DNA of 63,580 bases, counting the filler, from a bacterium (GTDB lineage: Bacteria; UBA9089; CG2-30-40-21; SBAY01): the NCBI GenBank assembly GCA_040757115.1. It is 15 parts of 15 records of this genome, joined end to end, with 100 filler letters (N's around TTAATTAATTAA, not from the genome) between each part and the next. Parts side by side here need not be neighbours in the genome. Positions count along the whole stretch, not along the records: positions 31,590 to 32,874 come from JBFLYA010000446.1; positions 32,975 to 34,256 come from JBFLYA010000447.1; positions 34,357 to 35,636 come from JBFLYA010000448.1; positions 35,737 to 58,780 come from JBFLYA010000045.1; 11 more parts are not named here. The stretch is one strand, 5' to 3'. Below are positions 32,600-44,351 of this stretch, piece after piece. The position numbers were made by a program, and so were the translations under genes. The stretch's first letter is position 1, and each line of letters starts with the position of its first letter. The notes below the pieces were generated by a model that was not told the DNA's origin, searched no databases, and saw nothing but the letters and a program-made list of their open reading frames with translations.

Positions 32600-32608
32600 A
32601 ATTTTTTC

Positions 32609-32637
32609 TTGACCTTTTGAGGCTATTGTGTTAAAAT
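32609..32637 (+). promoter_or_regulatory. Sigma70-type promoter upstream of the 27/28-nt array
   Basis: TTGACC-17 bp-TAAAAT. Confidence 0.5.
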
Positions 32638-32670
32638 ACAGAAAACTATATAATAACTTGTTAGCCCGCT

Positions 32671-32874
32671 GCGAAGAAACAGACTCAGAACGTAAGTGGC
32701 GAAGAAGTAGCTTGGAACAGGAGCAATGAAGAAGTGGTTCGGAGAGGAAGTGGCGAAGAAGTAGAGTGGAGCAGAAGCATCGAAGAAATGGACTCGGAAC
32801 GGAAGTGGTGAAGAAGTATCCTGGAGCAGAAATAGCGAAGAAGTAGCTTGGAAGAGGAGCAGCGAAGAACCAGA
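32671..32874 (+). repeat. Degenerate tandem array, period 27-28 nt, at least 7.5 units (cut by contig end)
   Basis: Invariant GAAGAA in units starting at 32671, 32699, 32726, 32753, 32780, 32808, 32835 and 32862. Confidence 0.9.
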
Positions 32875-32974
32875 NNNNNNNNNNNNNNNNNNNNNNNNNN
32901 NNNNNNNNNNNNNNNNNNTTAATTAATTAANNNNNNNNNNNNNNNNNNNNNNNNNNNNNNNNNNNNNNNNNNNN

Positions 32975-33259
32975 TTTAACTCAATACAGGAAGAAGGAAA
33001 AACACAATCACCGGTTATATTGAAAAACTGGTTTCGGATGGCTTATGCCAATTATTTACTACTTTCTTCTACATTAAAAGAAAATAAGGAAACCTTTATT
33101 GCGGACAGGGAACTCAAAAGGTTGTTTAGTACCACTTATGGCTATTTAGGAACTGAATCGCCTTATGGTGAAATGATTCCGCCAAATCTAAAATTATTTA
33201 AAGAGAATGCGAATAAAATTAGCGAAGGGATAAGTAAGATTTATCCAGAAATTAGATAG
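32975..33259 (+). CDS. Hypothetical protein, C-terminal fragment
   Basis: Open frame from the gap to TAG at 33259, upstream of the kinase. Confidence 0.5.
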   Translation, partial: FNSIQEEGKTQSPVILKNWFRMAYANYLLLSSTLKENKETFIADRELKRLFSTTYGYLGTESPYGEMIPPNLKLFKENANKISEGISKIYPEIR

Positions 33260-33293
33260 AAAATAGAGTTAGCGGAAGATAAGGAAAGTTAAA

Positions 33294-34256
33294 ATGAAAA
33301 TAAAACACATCCGAACTAAATTAATCTCTTTTATTATCCTGTTAATAGTTGTTTTGACGACTATCAACAACTGGTATTTTCTTTCAAGTTACTCAAAATT
33401 GTTATATGATGAATTGAAGAAGAGAGGAATAGAGATTGCCAATAATCTTGCCTATACCAGCCGCGAAGGAATTTTGACTGGCAACCTTTTTAGTGAGCTA
33501 ACACCATTGGTAGAATCTGTGAAGATAGAGCCGGATGTTGCCTTTGTAACCATAGTGAATAAAACTGGTTTGGTATTAGCTCATAGCAACCCCAAAGAAA
33601 TAGGGAAAGTTTATGAAGATGAATTGACTAAAAAAGCCCTTTTATTTAAAAATCTTATTGAGATACAAAAAAACAAACAGATAATTATATTTGGGAGCAA
33701 GGTTAGAGTAATTGGGGAAGGTATCTTAGAAAAGACGCAAGAGTTGGAAGGTAAAAAACCAGAAACAATTGGTGCGGTGATAATCGGTGTTTCATTAAAA
33801 AATCTCCATCTCAAAATGAACCACATCTTTACGATAAACCTGATAATAACAGTGGGAATGGCAATATTGGGGGTTATTTTCACCTTTCTGTTTTCTACCA
33901 GTATTACCAAACCTATCAGGTCACTAACTGAAGTTGCTCATGCCATTAGCCAGGGGGAGATATGGAGACGGGCAAATGTTAAAACCGCAGATGAAGTTGG
34001 TGAATTGGCAAATTCTTTTAACCAGATGACCACAGATTTGATAAACTCAAGAGAGGAAGTTCAAAAGGCAAAAGAACACCTGGAAGAACGGGTGGAGGAG
34101 GCAACAAAAGAGATTAAAAAAACTAATCTGGACCTCACCACAAGATCAAAAGAGTTGGAAAAGGTAAATCTTGAACTTGACAGGTTCACCTACACCGTTT
34201 CACATGACCTTAAAGAACCATTAAGAAGCATTGAGACCTTTACTAATTTTCTATTA
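33294..34256 (+). CDS. Membrane sensor histidine kinase (HAMP + HisKA), partial
   Basis: Two TM segments, HAMP (PIRSL..DEVGELA.SFNQM), H-box TVSHDLKEPL. Confidence 0.9.
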
Positions 34257-34577
34257 NNNNNNNNNNNNNNNNNNNNNNNNNNNNNNNNNNNNNNNNNNNN
34301 TTAATTAATTAANNNNNNNNNNNNNNNNNNNNNNNNNNNNNNNNNNNNNNNNNNNNAAAGGAAAGAGATAATTTTACATTTTGATATGTAATTTTTATAT
34401 TTGCTTTTTGCATTTTGCTCTTTGGAGGAAATCCCTTTTGGACACCAAATCTGCATAGATTTCACTATTAGAGTTATTTTCAGACACTACCGAAAATAGA
34501 GGATAGAAGTCAGATTTTATAAGGTTCCTTAATATCTGTCTTCTAATTTCTGTCCTTTGACTTCTGATAAATAGACT

Positions 34578-35009
34578 ATGGAAGACAAAATATACCGAAT
34601 TATTGATGCCAATATAAATCGAGCAAAAGAAGGAATAAGAGTTGTAGAAGATGTATGTCGATTTGTTTTAGAAGATGAAGAACTAACCTCAAAACTAAAA
34701 AAAATCCGTCATCAAATCGGAAAATTAACACATAAGTTAGTCAATTATTCCTCACTTTTAACCTCAAGGGATAGCGAATGTGACCCAGGGTTATCCATCT
34801 CCGCCCAAAATAAGGGAAAAAGAAAGGATTATGTGGATTTAGTTATTTCAAATATGTGTCGTGCTGAGGAGTCCTGTCGTGTTCTGGAAGAAATTAGTAA
34901 ACTCAAAGACGAAAATCTAAGCTTTGAATTCGAGAAAATCCGCTATGCTCTGTATTTATTAGAAAAAGAGGTAGTTAAAATAATTGAAAGGTCTGTATGC
35001 AATTGTTGA
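34578..35009 (+). CDS. ThiE-associated helical domain (ThiD2-like)
   Basis: RIIDANINRAKEGIRVVED..RF; N..RAEES.RVLEE. Confidence 0.8.
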   Translation: MEDKIYRIIDANINRAKEGIRVVEDVCRFVLEDEELTSKLKKIRHQIGKLTHKLVNYSSLLTSRDSECDPGLSISAQNKGKRKDYVDLVISNMCRAEESCRVLEEISKLKDENLSFEFEKIRYALYLLEKEVVKIIERSVCNC

Positions 35010-35553
35010 TTATGAATTATTTGGAGAAAAAATGGACGAAGTTACCCAACAGATAATTGCGGCTGGGGTAAAAATAATTCAATTTAGGGCTAAAAATCTG
35101 ACCGATAGAGAATTTATCAATCACGCCTTAAAACTCCGCAAATTAACTCAAGGGATAACCTTCATCATTAATGACCGTGTAGATATTGCCTTAGCCGTAG
35201 AGGCAGATGGTGTCCATCTTGGCCAGGATGATATGCCTATTTCTTTGGCTCGTCCGTTACTCAAAAATAAAATAATCGGTCTATCAACTCATAATTTTGA
35301 GCAAGCAATTAAAGCCACTAAAGAGAAAATAGATTATCTTGCCATTGGACCTATCTATCAAACCACCACGAAAAAAAATGCAATAAAACCTATTGGTCCT
35401 GAAATAATCCAGAAAATTAAACAGATAACCTCAATACCTGTTGTTGCTATTGGCGGTATTAATGAAGGAAATATTGAGGGAGTAATTAAAGCAGGAGCAG
35501 ATGTCATTGCCATTGCCTCGGGATTATTAAACAAAAATTCCCTATTAAGGTGA
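34984..35553 (+). CDS. thiE: Thiamine-phosphate synthase
   Basis: QFRAK, IINDRVDIA, GVHLGQDD, GLSTH, T.TK, VAIGGI. Confidence 0.92.
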   Translation: MKGLYAIVDYELFGEKMDEVTQQIIAAGVKIIQFRAKNLTDREFINHALKLRKLTQGITFIINDRVDIALAVEADGVHLGQDDMPISLARPLLKNKIIGLSTHNFEQAIKATKEKIDYLAIGPIYQTTTKKNAIKPIGPEIIQKIKQITSIPVVAIGGINEGNIEGVIKAGADVIAIASGLLNKNSLLR

Positions 35554-35949
35554 GCCATAGCCCTCTGTCACGGGCCTTATCTTTACCCATAAGTTTTACT
35601 GGACGATGTTACATTCATTCACAATTCGCAATTCACNNNNNNNNNNNNNNNNNNNNNNNNNNNNNNNNNNNNNNNNNNNNTTAATTAATTAANNNNNNNN
35701 NNNNNNNNNNNNNNNNNNNNNNNNNNNNNNNNNNNNGTTGTTTTCCACAATCAATTTCTACCTATTTCTATAAATTTCAATCTATTTCTATTATCTTATC
35801 TCCATATCACTTTTATCTCCTTATCCCCTTTCTTACACTTTTGATATATAGCCTGAACGGTTAAAAAAATTTGTAGTTATTGTCAGACACTACCGAATTT
35901 TTGGTGGTGTCTTAATCTAGCATAAAGGTTGAAATAGTGTCCGAAAAGG

Positions 35950-36189
35950 GTAACCGTTCAGGATATAGCCACAGAGTCACAGAGAACACAGAGGAAATAT
36001 ATAACCACGAATGAACACAAATACAAAAAGATTTGTAGTGCGAGGCTTTGGCCTCGCTTCTGGCAAGCCAAAAGGCGAACCTAAAGGTTCGCACTACATT
36101 TATGGGATGTCAGAGGTTAATTCGTGTGCATTTGTGGCTAATTTCCTTAATTCTCTGTGAACTCTGTGCCTCTGTGGCTGAACGCTTAC
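35950..36189. mobile_element. 240-bp MITE with an internal REP doublet
   Basis: TIR GTAACCGTTCAG; target duplication CGAAAAGG; homologous to 55381-55622 and 58057-58298. Confidence 0.9.
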
Positions 36190-36692
36190 CGAAAAGGAGA
36201 TATGGGGATTATGGAGATAAGGAGATAAATTCATTCTAAAATTTTGCAAATTACAATGAATAATCTCCATATCTCCCTTTATCTCCTTATCCCCTTTTGG
36301 ACACCAAATCTGCATAGATTTCACTATTAGCGTTATTTTCAGCCACCACCCAAAAATTCAGGGTGTGAGGTTTTGAGCAAGGCTTCTCGAATGCCGCTAA
36401 TTTCCTGCATAAATAGAGTCTATAGTCTTGTGTCTGATGTCCAGTGTCTGAATCACAGAATTTCCAACATAAAACTTGACAAACTAATGGTTATTTGCTA
36501 AAGTATACCCAAATAAATTGAGTTTGCAAATATTTTGCTCTAAAAAGGGATCAAGGATTCGAGGGGTCAAGGATTCAAGGGAGATGAAAAATAAGGTGCT
36601 CACTCGACCCCTGGAGCCCTTGACCCCTTGAATCCTTTCAAGAAAGTTTTTGCAAACCTGTTTTCTTTGAGTATATAATCTGGAGGGAAGTT

Positions 36693-37445
36693 ATGCTTTT
36701 AGCCATTGATATTGGGAATACAACGATTGTTTTTGGCGTTTATGACTATGATGAATTGAAATACCACTTTAAAATTGGTACAGATAAGAAAAAGACCGCA
36801 GATGAATATGGGAAAATTATCTCTGGTATGATTAAAACGAATATCTCTGCCGTTATAATCTCCTGTGTTGTCCCACCATTAATTCCCATATTTACGCAGA
36901 TGGTCAAAGATTATTTTCAAACTGAGCCAGTGTTTGTTGAAGGAACAAAGGTTAAATTTCCTGTTCTTTATGATAATCCAGAAGAGGTCGGAGCAGATAG
37001 AATCGTTAATGCTATTGCTGGGTTTAGACTTTATGGAGGACCGATAATTATTGTTGATTTTGGGACAGCAACTACCTTTGATGTTGTCTCTCAAAATGGT
37101 GAATATTTAGGCGGAGCAATTGCCCCGGGCATTGCGATTTCCATTGAGGCATTGTGGACTAAAACCGCTTTACTTCCCAGAGTAGAATTGATAAAACCAG
37201 AAACTGTTATTGGTAAAACGACAATTAAAAGCATGCAGGCAGGAATATTCTATGGATTTGTTGGACAGGTAGATGAGATAATAACAAAGATTAAGCAAGA
37301 ACTTGAATTAGAACCAAAGATAGTCGCTACCGGTGGCTTAGCCAAATTAATCAGTCAGGAATTAAGGTATATTCAATCAGTGAATCCTTTATTGACATTG
37401 GAAGGATTAAAGATTATTTATGAAGAGGGATTAATGAATGAGTGA
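36693..37445 (+). CDS. coaX: Type III pantothenate kinase
   Basis: [30 protein letters not shown]. Confidence 0.95.
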   Translation: MLLAIDIGNTTIVFGVYDYDELKYHFKIGTDKKKTADEYGKIISGMIKTNISAVIISCVVPPLIPIFTQMVKDYFQTEPVFVEGTKVKFPVLYDNPEEVGADRIVNAIAGFRLYGGPIIIVDFGTATTFDVVSQNGEYLGGAIAPGIAISIEALWTKTALLPRVELIKPETVIGKTTIKSMQAGIFYGFVGQVDEIITKIKQELELEPKIVATGGLAKLISQELRYIQSVNPLLTLEGLKIIYEEGLMNE

Positions 37446-39219
37446 TTATGAGATAATCGTTGTTGGAGGTGGACATGCGGGTTGTGAGGCAAGTTTAGCC
37501 GCCAGCCGAATGGGTTGTAAGGTAGCTTTGATGACAATGCAAAAGGATACCATTGCCCAGATGTCCTGCAATCCAGCAATTGGCGGTCTGGCTAAAGGAC
37601 AACTTGTTCGGGAAATAGATGCCCTTGGCGGCGAAATGGCGAAGGTGATTGATAAAACCGGCATTCAATTCCGCATGCTCAATACTAAAAAAGGTCCTGC
37701 AGTCAGGTCTCCGCGAGCCCAGGCCGATAGACAGGCTTATCAACAAACTATGCAAAAGATAGTCGAACATCAGACAAATCTTGAGATTATTGAAGATGTG
37801 ATTGAAAAGATATTAGTAAAAAAAAATAAAGTGGTTGGAGTAGTCACAAGCCAGGGCGAGATATATTCAGCAAAAGCAGTTATTATAACGACTGGAACAT
37901 TTTTAAATGGACTTATTCATATTGGACTCGAGTCTTATGAAGGTGGCAGAATTGGCGAAAAAGCCGCTTATGGATTATCCAGTTCATTAAAAGAGATTGG
38001 ATTTGAATTGGGTAGATTGAAAACCGGCACAAGCCCACGAATTGACCGTGCAACCATTGATACCTCTAATTTAATCCAACAGGATGGGGATAAATTCCCT
38101 CAACCATTTTCTTTTTCTACTTCAAAGATTGAGATTGAACAAATCCCCTGTTATTTGACCTACACAAATCAAACTACCCATAATATAATCCAGAATAACC
38201 TTGACCGCTCGCCTTTGTATTTGGGTAAGATTAAAGGCACTGGAGTTCGATATTGTCCGTCTATTGAAGATAAAATTGTCAGGTTTGCTGAAAAAGATAG
38301 ACACCAAATATTTATCGAACCAGAAGGTAGAACCTCTAATATCGTTTATTTGAATGGTGTTTCGACAAGTTTGCCAATGGATGTTCAAGAAAAGATGATT
38401 AAAACTATTCCGGGATTAGAAAATGCAAAAATCCTACGGTATGGCTATGGAGTTGAATATGACTTTGCCCCACCAACCCAATTAAAACCTACCCTTGAAA
38501 CGAAACTCGTGGAAAATCTTTACTTTGCCGGACAGATTAATGGTACCTCAGGCTATGAAGAAGCCGCGGCTCAAGGCATTATGGCAGGAATAAATGCCGT
38601 GCTTAAATTAAAAAAGAAAGAACCATTCATTCTCAATCGTGCACAGGCATACATTGGCGTTTTGATTGATGACTTAGTCACAAAAGGCACCCAGGAGCCT
38701 TACCGAATGTTCACCTCACGGGCAGAATATCGCTTAATTCTGCGTCAGGATAATGCAGACTTAAGATTGATGCATTACGGACATAAATTTAACTTGATTG
38801 CGGATGCCCAATATGATAAACTCTTAAATAAGAAAAAACAGATTGAGAATGAAGTTTATAGATTAAATCATACCCGGATAAAAGGAACACCTTTAGCCCA
38901 GCTTTTGAGAAGAGATGAATCTCTGGATTGGGACACAGGTCTCCTGCCTGAGGTTATAGAGCAGGTAAAGATAGAAATTAAATATGAAGGCTATATCAAA
39001 AGGCAGATGGGACAGGTAGAGCAGTTCAAAAAAATGGAAAACTGGAAGATACCAATGAATTTTGATTATTCTGCCATTACCGGGCTTTCTAATGAAACAA
39101 GAGATAAACTTTCAAAAATCAGACCATTATCCCTTGGTCAGGCATCTCGAATCTCCGGCATCCGACCAGCAGATATATCAATATTAATGGTCTGGTTAAA
39201 AGCAAGTAAGCAGGAATAA
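37438..39219 (+). CDS. mnmG: tRNA U34 modification enzyme MnmG (GidA)
   Basis: [41 protein letters not shown]. Confidence 0.97.
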   Translation: MSDYEIIVVGGGHAGCEASLAASRMGCKVALMTMQKDTIAQMSCNPAIGGLAKGQLVREIDALGGEMAKVIDKTGIQFRMLNTKKGPAVRSPRAQADRQAYQQTMQKIVEHQTNLEIIEDVIEKILVKKNKVVGVVTSQGEIYSAKAVIITTGTFLNGLIHIGLESYEGGRIGEKAAYGLSSSLKEIGFELGRLKTGTSPRIDRATIDTSNLIQQDGDKFPQPFSFSTSKIEIEQIPCYLTYTNQTTHNIIQNNLDRSPLYLGKIKGTGVRYCPSIEDKIVRFAEKDRHQIFIEPEGRTSNIVYLNGVSTSLPMDVQEKMIKTIPGLENAKILRYGYGVEYDFAPPTQLKPTLETKLVENLYFAGQINGTSGYEEAAAQGIMAGINAVLKLKKKEPFILNRAQAYIGVLIDDLVTKGTQEPYRMFTSRAEYRLILRQDNADLRLMHYGHKFNLIADAQYDKLLNKKKQIENEVYRLNHTRIKGTPLAQLLRRDESLDWDTGLLPEVIEQVKIEIKYEGYIKRQMGQVEQFKKMENWKIPMNFDYSAITGLSNETRDKLSKIRPLSLGQASRISGIRPADISILMVWLKASKQE

Positions 39220-39230
39220 AAGTAGAAGAG

Positions 39231-39717
39231 ATAACTGTTCAGCCACGGATTAACACAGATTGACACGGATAAAATATAGCGGCTATTAACTGGAAGTTTA
39301 CATAGGATAATACCCATAAATAAGGCATGAGAATAATCGTTCCGTTAGGAACATAATATCGGTAGGAATAGATAGACAAATCAATCAGTTCCGTAGGAAC
39401 GATATATTGGTAGAAAATTTATGGAAAGCCATTTACCGATATGTTGTCCCTATGGGATATTAAATGAAGGATGAGGTAGAATTTTCACATTCTATTTTTT
39501 TCCATTTTATCATAAGAAATGAGAGAAGGCAAGCCAAATGGACATAATTGTCTAAAAATATAGAGAGTTATAGCACTAATTTGACATAGTGTAGTAATGG
39601 TTCACGCATAACTTGTTAATTCACTACGAGTAGTTACGAGTATTTAATTCTAAGTAAAGTTTTGAATAATAACTGCTATAGAATGGGTTTAGTGTTTATC
39701 TGTGGCTGAATAGTTGC
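39231..39717. mobile_element. Composite element: (G/A)TAACT.TTCAG shell with a nested TATAGC..GCTATA element (39275-39680)
   Basis: Imperfect inverted end pairs; contains the REP-like cluster shared with 28306. Confidence 0.6.
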
Positions 39718-39771
39718 ATTGTTTTTGCTTGACAGAAGTTAAATAATAGGATATAGTTAGGGGTATGACCA

Positions 39772-40461
39772 ATGAACGAAACTAAATCTTTTACTATTCA
39801 TGACCTGCCGATTTCTGAAAGGCCACGCGAGCGATTACAGAAATTTGGCTCGGAGGCACTTTCTTCACAGGAGCTTTTAGCCTTGATTTTAGGAAGAGGA
39901 ATTGCTGGAGAATCGGTAATGGTTACCGCTCAAAGGTTATTAACTACCTTTGGCAATGTTAAGGCAATCTCCGAAGCCTCGCTTGAAGAATTGGCAAAGG
40001 TGCGGGGGATAGGGCAAGCCAAAGCCTCCCAAATCAAAGCCGCATTTGAGCTGGCAAAAAGAAGCGATGAGGAAGTAGGAGAAAGGGTTTCTATAAAATC
40101 CTCAGAGGATGTAGCTAAATTAGTCAGACCAAGACTTAAAGATAAGAAGAAGGAATATTTTTTAATCTTATCATTAGATACAAGGAACAATCTAACCAAA
40201 ATTAGCGAAATATCCATTGGCAGCCTGAATGCCAATTTAGTCCATCCCCGCGAGGTTTTCAAAGAGGCAATTCAATCCATCGCCAATTCGGTAATCTTAG
40301 TTCACAATCACCCCTCGGGAAATCCAGAACCATCAGAGGATGACCTTGAAATTACCAAACGGCTCATTGAAGCAAGTAAAATTTTAGGCATAGAAATCCT
40401 TGACCACATCATCATCGCTAAAACAGGATTCTATAGTTTTAAGGAGAAAAGGCTGATTTAA
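39772..40461 (+). CDS. radC: RadC/JAB-domain protein
   Basis: [35 protein letters not shown]-17-TATAGT promoter at 39729-39757. Confidence 0.93.
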   Translation: MNETKSFTIHDLPISERPRERLQKFGSEALSSQELLALILGRGIAGESVMVTAQRLLTTFGNVKAISEASLEELAKVRGIGQAKASQIKAAFELAKRSDEEVGERVSIKSSEDVAKLVRPRLKDKKKEYFLILSLDTRNNLTKISEISIGSLNANLVHPREVFKEAIQSIANSVILVHNHPSGNPEPSEDDLEITKRLIEASKILGIEILDHIIIAKTGFYSFKEKRLI

Positions 40462-40477
40462 AAGTAGGAGCAACTAT

Positions 40478-42040
40478 ATGGCAAGAAATCATATTGCAGA
40501 ACTGGAAAAACGGTTGTGGGATGTAGCAGATGAATTGCGGGCTAATTCTGATTTAAAATCATCTGAATACTCCCCACCGGTTTTAGGACTCATCTTTTTG
40601 AAATATGCGGATTATCGGTTTACTAAACAGGAGAAAATACTTTCTGAATCCCTGATTAAATCAGGGACAAGTACTCGCCGCAAGATTGGTAAAACAGATT
40701 ATCAGGCCGCTGGTGTTATGTTCTTGCCAACTGAGGCAAGATTTTCTTACCTGTTAAACCTTCCTGAAGGTGCTGACATTGGTAGAGCAATAAATGAAGC
40801 AATGGAGTCAATTGAGCGTGAAAACGAAGGCCTTGTGCTACCAAAAACCTATCACAGATTTAAAAACAACCTGCTGGTTGAATTGATAAAGCTTATGTCA
40901 TCAATTCCAGAGGATATAGAAGGAGATGCCTTTGGTAAGATTTATGAGTATTTCCTTGGGAAATTTGCTATGACTGAAGGTTCAAAAGGAGGAGAATTTT
41001 TTACTCCAACTTCTATTGTTAAATTGATTGTCTCTGTAATTCAACCGTTTCATGGAAAGATACTTGATCCTGCCTGCGGTTCAGGCGGTATGTTTGTTCA
41101 GAGCGCTGAGTTCGTTGAAGAACACAAAAAGCGGGCAATTGATGTGATTAGCATTTATGGACAGGAAAAAACAAGAGAAACAGTTAACCTTTGCAAGATG
41201 AACCTTGCTGTTCATGGTCTTTCAGGTGATGTTTTACAGGCTAATTCTTACTATGATGACCTGCACGATATGGTAGGCAAGTTTGATTTTGTAATGGCTA
41301 ATCCCCCATTCAATGTAAACCGGATTGATAAAGAGCGTATTAAAAATGATAGAAGGCGTTTTCCCTATGGTATGCCTTCAGTGGACAATGGTAATTATCT
41401 CTGGATTCAGCTTTTTTACAGTGCTTTAAATGAAAAAGGACGGGCAGGATTTGTTATGGCTAATTGTGCAAGCGATGCCCGGGCAAGTGAATTGGAGTTA
41501 CGGAAAAAGTTGCTTCAGGACAGAGTCGTTGATATAATGATTGCAGTTGGTTCTAACTTCTTTTATACGGTCACCCTGCCTTGCACATTATGGTTCTTGG
41601 ATAAAGGTAAACACAATACAGATTGTAAGGATAAGGTGCTTTTTATTGATGCAAGAAAAATCTATCAGCAGATAGACCGAGCACATCGTGAATTTTTACC
41701 AGAGCAGATAGAGTTTATTGCTAATATCGTTCGCTTATATCGGGGAGAGGATATTGAAATAACACATGGCAGTGAGAAACTGACAAAAGCAACATTCCCA
41801 AAGGGCAGGTATCAAGATGTCGCTGGTTTGTGTAAAGTTGCTACATTAAAAGAGATTGAAGAACAAGGTTGGAGCTTAAACCCTGGACGATATGTAGGCG
41901 TAGTTGAAGAGGAAGTAGAGGATTTTGATTTTAAGGAACGGCTTGAAGAATTGAATGAAGAGCTGGAAGTTTTAAATACAGAAGCAAAAGAGTTGGAAGA
42001 GCAAATATCAGAAAATGTTGCAAAGATTCTGGAGAAGTAA
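40478..42040 (+). CDS. hsdM: Type I restriction-modification methyltransferase
   Basis: [18 protein letters not shown]. Confidence 0.95.
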   Translation: MARNHIAELEKRLWDVADELRANSDLKSSEYSPPVLGLIFLKYADYRFTKQEKILSESLIKSGTSTRRKIGKTDYQAAGVMFLPTEARFSYLLNLPEGADIGRAINEAMESIERENEGLVLPKTYHRFKNNLLVELIKLMSSIPEDIEGDAFGKIYEYFLGKFAMTEGSKGGEFFTPTSIVKLIVSVIQPFHGKILDPACGSGGMFVQSAEFVEEHKKRAIDVISIYGQEKTRETVNLCKMNLAVHGLSGDVLQANSYYDDLHDMVGKFDFVMANPPFNVNRIDKERIKNDRRRFPYGMPSVDNGNYLWIQLFYSALNEKGRAGFVMANCASDARASELELRKKLLQDRVVDIMIAVGSNFFYTVTLPCTLWFLDKGKHNTDCKDKVLFIDARKIYQQIDRAHREFLPEQIEFIANIVRLYRGEDIEITHGSEKLTKATFPKGRYQDVAGLCKVATLKEIEEQGWSLNPGRYVGVVEEEVEDFDFKERLEELNEELEVLNTEAKELEEQISENVAKILEK

Positions 42041-42042
42041 AA

Positions 42043-43425
42043 ATGGTTAAAACACATCCACCTGAATCAGAAAATATAGAATATAAATCAAATTGGAATG
42101 ATGATTGCTTAAAAGTTGTTTCTGCTTTTGCCAATACCAGCGGTGGAGAATTAATTATTGGCATAGATGATAATAAAAATATATTGGGTGTCCTTGATGC
42201 TAAAAAATTACTTGTTGATATTCCTAATAAAATAAAAGACAAACTTGGTATTATTCCTATTGTGAAGATAGAGAAAAAGAAAGGGAAAGAAATAGTTATG
42301 GTAAAAATAGAAGTATCTTCAGTGCCAATATCTTATGATGGAAGATACTATATAAGAAGCGGAAGCACAACTCAACAATTACAAGGGCAATTGCTTACTG
42401 ACTTTTTAATCAGAAAATCAGGAAAAACATGGGATGAATTTATTGAAGAAAGTTTTACTCTTAGTGATATAAATTTTGAGACTGTTAAAGAGTTTAAAAG
42501 AAAAGCTGTTGATAGGATTCCATCAATTGTTAAAGAGGATGAAATAAAAGTAATTCTTGAGAAATTACATCTTATAGAAAATGAAAAATTGAATCGGGCA
42601 GCAGTTCTACTTTTTGGTAAAGACCCTCAACGGGTTTATCGGCAATCAATCGTAAAAATAGGCAAATTCTTAACTGAAACAGAGATTCAATTCACGGATA
42701 TTGTCAAAGGGAATCTTTTTGAACAAATAGAAAACGCTCTTGAAATTCTCAGGTCAAAATATCTTGTAAGTGAAATTAAATATGAAGGTATTCACCGAAG
42801 GGATATTCTTGAATATCCTTATGAATCGTTAAGAGAAGCAATTATCAATGCGTTAATTCATAGAGATTATCTCGGCAGTTCCAATATTCAGATAAGGGTT
42901 TATTCCGACAAACTTATCATTATGAATGAAGGAAAACTTCCTCCTGAAGTGCCTGTGGACAAACTAAAAACCGAGCATTTGTCAAAACCGAGAAATAGAT
43001 TGCTTGCTGAAATTTTTTATTATGCAGGTTTGATAGAATCCTGGGGCAGAGGAACAATCAAGATTGTGGATAATTGTTTGCAGCAAGAATTACCTGAACC
43101 TGATTTTGTTGAAGAATATGGCGTTATGAAAGTAGTATTTTACAAAGATAAATGGGCCGAGGAAAATCTTAAGAAAATGGGATTAAATGAAAGACAAATA
43201 AAGGCAGTGATGTATGTAAAAGAAAAAGGTAAGATTACGAATAAGGAATATAGAGAGATTTGTAATACATCTGAACGAACCGCAACGAGAGATTTAGCCA
43301 GTTTAGTTTCCTTAGAAATATTTGAACAAATAGGCATTACTGGCAAGGGGACCGAGTATATTTTAAGACGCCATAAAGACGCCAAAGATGCCATAAAGAC
43401 GCCTAAAAGACGCCAAGATGAATAA
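42043..43425 (+). CDS. AlbA_2 (Schlafen-like) + HATPase_c_4 + winged-HTH protein
   Basis: ENIEYK..SAFANT.GG.LIIG; REAIINALIHRDY; ESWGRG; C-terminal ITNKEY..TATRDL. Confidence 0.85.
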   Translation: MVKTHPPESENIEYKSNWNDDCLKVVSAFANTSGGELIIGIDDNKNILGVLDAKKLLVDIPNKIKDKLGIIPIVKIEKKKGKEIVMVKIEVSSVPISYDGRYYIRSGSTTQQLQGQLLTDFLIRKSGKTWDEFIEESFTLSDINFETVKEFKRKAVDRIPSIVKEDEIKVILEKLHLIENEKLNRAAVLLFGKDPQRVYRQSIVKIGKFLTETEIQFTDIVKGNLFEQIENALEILRSKYLVSEIKYEGIHRRDILEYPYESLREAIINALIHRDYLGSSNIQIRVYSDKLIIMNEGKLPPEVPVDKLKTEHLSKPRNRLLAEIFYYAGLIESWGRGTIKIVDNCLQQELPEPDFVEEYGVMKVVFYKDKWAEENLKKMGLNERQIKAVMYVKEKGKITNKEYREICNTSERTATRDLASLVSLEIFEQIGITGKGTEYILRRHKDAKDAIKTPKRRQDE

Positions 43426-43525
43426 AAAGGTTTAAAGAAATGAAAAATAGTGCAACATTTCGTTGCACGAATTGTGGGAATAAAATATCAGAAAATGTGG
43501 CAAAGATTCTGGAGGTGAAATAAAC

Positions 43526-43963
43526 ATGGAGGATAAAAATAATCTTAAAGAATATATGTTGAAGGAGATTGATATAGTTCAGGATATTATAAAGAGAATG
43601 GCTCACAATTCCTTTATGATAAAAGGATGGGCGATAACTCTGGTTGTTGCTACTCTCCTATTGAAAGGCACAAAATATCAAGCTCTAATTGCTTTTATTC
43701 CGTTGTTAGTTTTCTGGTTTTTGGATGCGTATTTCTTGTGGCAAGAGAGAATGTATAGAAAACTACATAACTGGATTATCAGTAATAGATTGAATACCGA
43801 CGAACATTTATTTAATATGAACGCTTACCGATTTAAAAATGAGGTTCAGTCAAAATTCAGAATTATGTTTTCAATAACTTTAGGATGGTTCTATGGTTCA
43901 ATAGCAATTCTGACGGTAATTTATACCATTATTCTATTTTTAACTCAAAATGGAGGTAATTGA
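43526..43963 (+). CDS. Small multi-TM protein, putative effector of the TIR pair
   Basis: RMAHNSFMIKGWAITL, FWFLDAYFL.QERMYR; about 3 hydrophobic segments. Confidence 0.75.
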   Translation: MEDKNNLKEYMLKEIDIVQDIIKRMAHNSFMIKGWAITLVVATLLLKGTKYQALIAFIPLLVFWFLDAYFLWQERMYRKLHNWIISNRLNTDEHLFNMNAYRFKNEVQSKFRIMFSITLGWFYGSIAILTVIYTIILFLTQNGGN

Positions 43964-43964
43964 A

Positions 43965-44339
43965 ATGGCGAAAAAGAGAGTATTTGTTAGTTTTGATTTT
44001 GATAACGACAAGAGTTTGAAAGATTTTATTATTGGTCAGTCAAGATTACCAGATTCTCCATTTGAAGTTGTTGATACTTCAATGAAAGAAGCCTCTCCAG
44101 AAAAAGATTGGCTGGATAGGGCTGAGACAAAAATTAAAGGTTCTGATATGGTTCTTGTTATGGTAGGGCCGAAAACACATAAAGCCCCTGGAGTTCTTAA
44201 AGAGATAGCACTTGCGAGAAAATGGAATATACCGATTGCTCAAGTCATCGGCTATAAAGACGGTAATTATACACCGGTTCCAGACGCTGGGCGACTCTAT
44301 TCCTGGAATTGGGACAATTTAAAAAAACTATTGAGTTAG
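43965..44339 (+). CDS. TIR-like domain protein (MTH538/DUF1863)
   Basis: KRVFVSFDFDND; LVMVG..T.KAPGVLKEI; start after GGAGG at ATG 43965. Confidence 0.8.
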   Translation: MAKKRVFVSFDFDNDKSLKDFIIGQSRLPDSPFEVVDTSMKEASPEKDWLDRAETKIKGSDMVLVMVGPKTHKAPGVLKEIALARKWNIPIAQVIGYKDGNYTPVPDAGRLYSWNWDNLKKLLS

Positions 44340-44351
44340 GAGAAAAATTAA

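Noticed and set aside
32671-32874. CRISPR array, or RiPP precursor with repeated EEVxWxR cores
   Set aside because: The conserved block is too short for CRISPR; the peptide frame has no start and is broken by the 28-nt units.
43367-43468. GACGCCA repeats and the GTGCAAC..GTTGCAC palindrome as integron attC sites
   Set aside because: No convincing RYYYAAC/GTTRRRY attC structure and no integrase in the window.
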